A stretch of 64,000 nucleotides of DNA, from NCBI GenBank assembly GCA_000165345.1, contig CM000431.1, positions 544,001 through 608,000 on the forward strand, written 5' to 3'. The notes under the pieces are model-generated. The model made no database searches. It had not been told where the DNA came from and was given only the letters and a program-made list of their open reading frames with translations. The translations under genes and the position numbers were made by a program. The stretch's first letter is position 1. Each line of letters begins with the position of its first letter. Of this stretch, positions 62,405 to 64,000 are shown piece by piece.

Positions 62405-63886
62405 TTAAAATTTACAGTATCTACTAGCAATATCCAATATTTTTCTGTAGACTAAATCAATGAAGCAACTTTCTAGATTCGAGGGAATACCATTGTTAGA
62501 GTATTCAATTAGTAGCTTTAAAATAAGAAAACCTAAGTCATTTGCGATCCCCTTAGCAACTGACGGTGTGAATCTCTGTTCGATGTAAGACGCAACGTCC
62601 TCGATTAGCCTATCAATCCTATCTGGGGAAACTTTAATTGGCACCTTCTTCGAGAATCTAGCCAATAGAGGCCCCAAGTGAAAGTTTAGCATATTAACAA
62701 CTTCTCTTAAGTTCCATTCGCCGCAGCCTGGAAGAGACAAATGAATGAAGAATCTGTAGGGCTACACAAGTTATTTCAGCTAAAAGACATCGGTGGATTT
62801 AAATAACAGCTCAGACAAATGCCTCGATTGTAATCAACACTAGCCATATGGCTAATGCAATTGATACAAGATAACTGGCAAACCCTTCGATAAGCCCGCT
62901 ATTATATCAAATTCATGCTCGTCATCTGATTTATCATCATTACCAGATAAATCCACGCAAGAAACAACATACCTGAAACATTCTGGTGCAAACAATATTT
63001 TTACTTGTAGATGTGCCAAAAATCATTATTTCTGAATGCATCCATTTGTTCGAACGAGATATAATATCAAAAAAAAACATCAATGAAAGAAGCGTATTGT
63101 TTTCTTCTAGCAAATACTGATCTATATCTTCAATGACCAATATATATTTACGTTTTCTTGTACAAACATCAATAATTTCTTTCAAGTATCTTTCAAAAAA
63201 TCCAATAGTTGCGTTGAAAATGTCTGCAGTATGTACGTATTTAATACTATAGTTTAAAGAGTCGGCAATTGAAGAGACGAGAAAGCTCTTACCTAAACGG
63301 TGATAAATATTTGTTAAATTAAATACAGGCATCAAATTTAAGGCTCAAATTTTCAACATGAAGAATTAGTGACCTATCATATAGTTATTTTCTCATTTGC
63401 CTGACTAAAATAAAACTTACCACAACCCTTGTCACCGAAAACAATAATACCAGACGCTTCATTAAAAACTATAGGAAGTCGAAAGTTCGATATTTCTGAA
63501 TATGAAATACAGGGGAGCAAAAGATTCTTTATTTTGTGAATTACTTGGCCAAAGCCAGTCATTTGAATTAATCCATTTTTGCATGAACCGCTCTCTCTAT
63601 CACAGCTAGAATCACAAATTGTACAATTTGAATTACTGACTGATTTATTCAATCTCCTGATAACGAAGTTAAAATAATATAAAAATACATTAAAAAAGTC
63701 AGGTATTACACCATTGAGGACTATTGCAACAAATCTACCGCACGAAACAGTGTATGGAATATCATGCAGTTCTTCATTTAAAACGTCAGCGATGCGAACC
63801 AGGTCAATCTCATTTACAATGAATTTCAATTCTTCATTGGATAAAGCCATAATATATTTGGAGTGAATGCTAGAAATTTTTTCCAT
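62405..63886 (-). CDS. AAA+ ATPase, 3-exon model: join(63886..63421, 63292..62973, 62761..62405), about 379 aa
   Basis: The Walker A GDKGCGKS is reconstituted across intron 1 (TGTG|gtaagt...ccgtttag|GTAAGAGC). The Walker B is ILVIEDID. Intron 2 (CAG|gtatgt...gtgtag|CCC) joins the sensor-1-like IMIFGTSTS to an arginine-finger region, giving IMIFGTSTSKNIVCTRMFQ|PYRFFIHLSLP, which parallels the AAA block IVIAATNRPD.LD.AL.RPGRFDR.I..PLP. All phases are consistent (466+320+357 nt). A possible TM helix lies in the N-terminal domain. Confidence 0.55.
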
Positions 63887-64000
63887 CAGACAATTCAGAG
63901 AAATTTCATTTATATCATATCTTTTATAAATTAAGAACCTTAATAAGGAAATTTTATCGATCTGGAGCGAGAAGTTTCTGAAATCTATTTCAAAAAATTC

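Overview
This is an AT-rich (about 70% A+T), gene-dense eukaryotic chromosomal segment, not a bacterial cluster. It carries typical eukaryotic housekeeping genes (40S ribosomal protein SA, ribosomal protein eL43, NOP58, UTP15, two proteasome alpha subunits, POMP, DDI1, UBC13, RPA1) and several tiny GTAAGT...AG introns of 47-152 nt. The dominant feature is a single uninterrupted 24.7-kb ORF (25407..50138, 8243 codons from the first ATG) encoding a modular type I fatty-acid/polyketide megasynthase. Its architecture is an acyl-CoA-ligase loading domain plus ACP, three complete KS-AT-DH-ER-KR-ACP modules, then a C-terminal NAD(P)-dependent thioester reductase. The architecture, the 8243-codon length and the genome style match what I recall of the published Cryptosporidium parvum CpFAS1 locus, so I treat this as a known locus of a Cryptosporidium parvum/hominis-like apicomplexan. 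I could not run a search to confirm that. Inside the synthase, the ER domain is present in three copies and the KR domain in two copies at about 99% nucleotide identity, while the surrounding domains have diverged. Module-1 AT deviates at two canonical motifs, and about 350 unassigned residues follow the reductase. Other genes include a 1779-aa K+ channel, a 2083-aa myosin with degenerate ATPase motifs and an RCC1 tail, HACD, phosphatidylserine decarboxylase, SPRTN, NKAP-like and AAA+ ATPase genes. I reconstructed six intron-containing gene models that the six-frame ORF track splits or misses. I found no tRNA or rRNA genes, mobile elements or CRISPR arrays. All functional calls are from motif and homology recognition by eye, without database searches.
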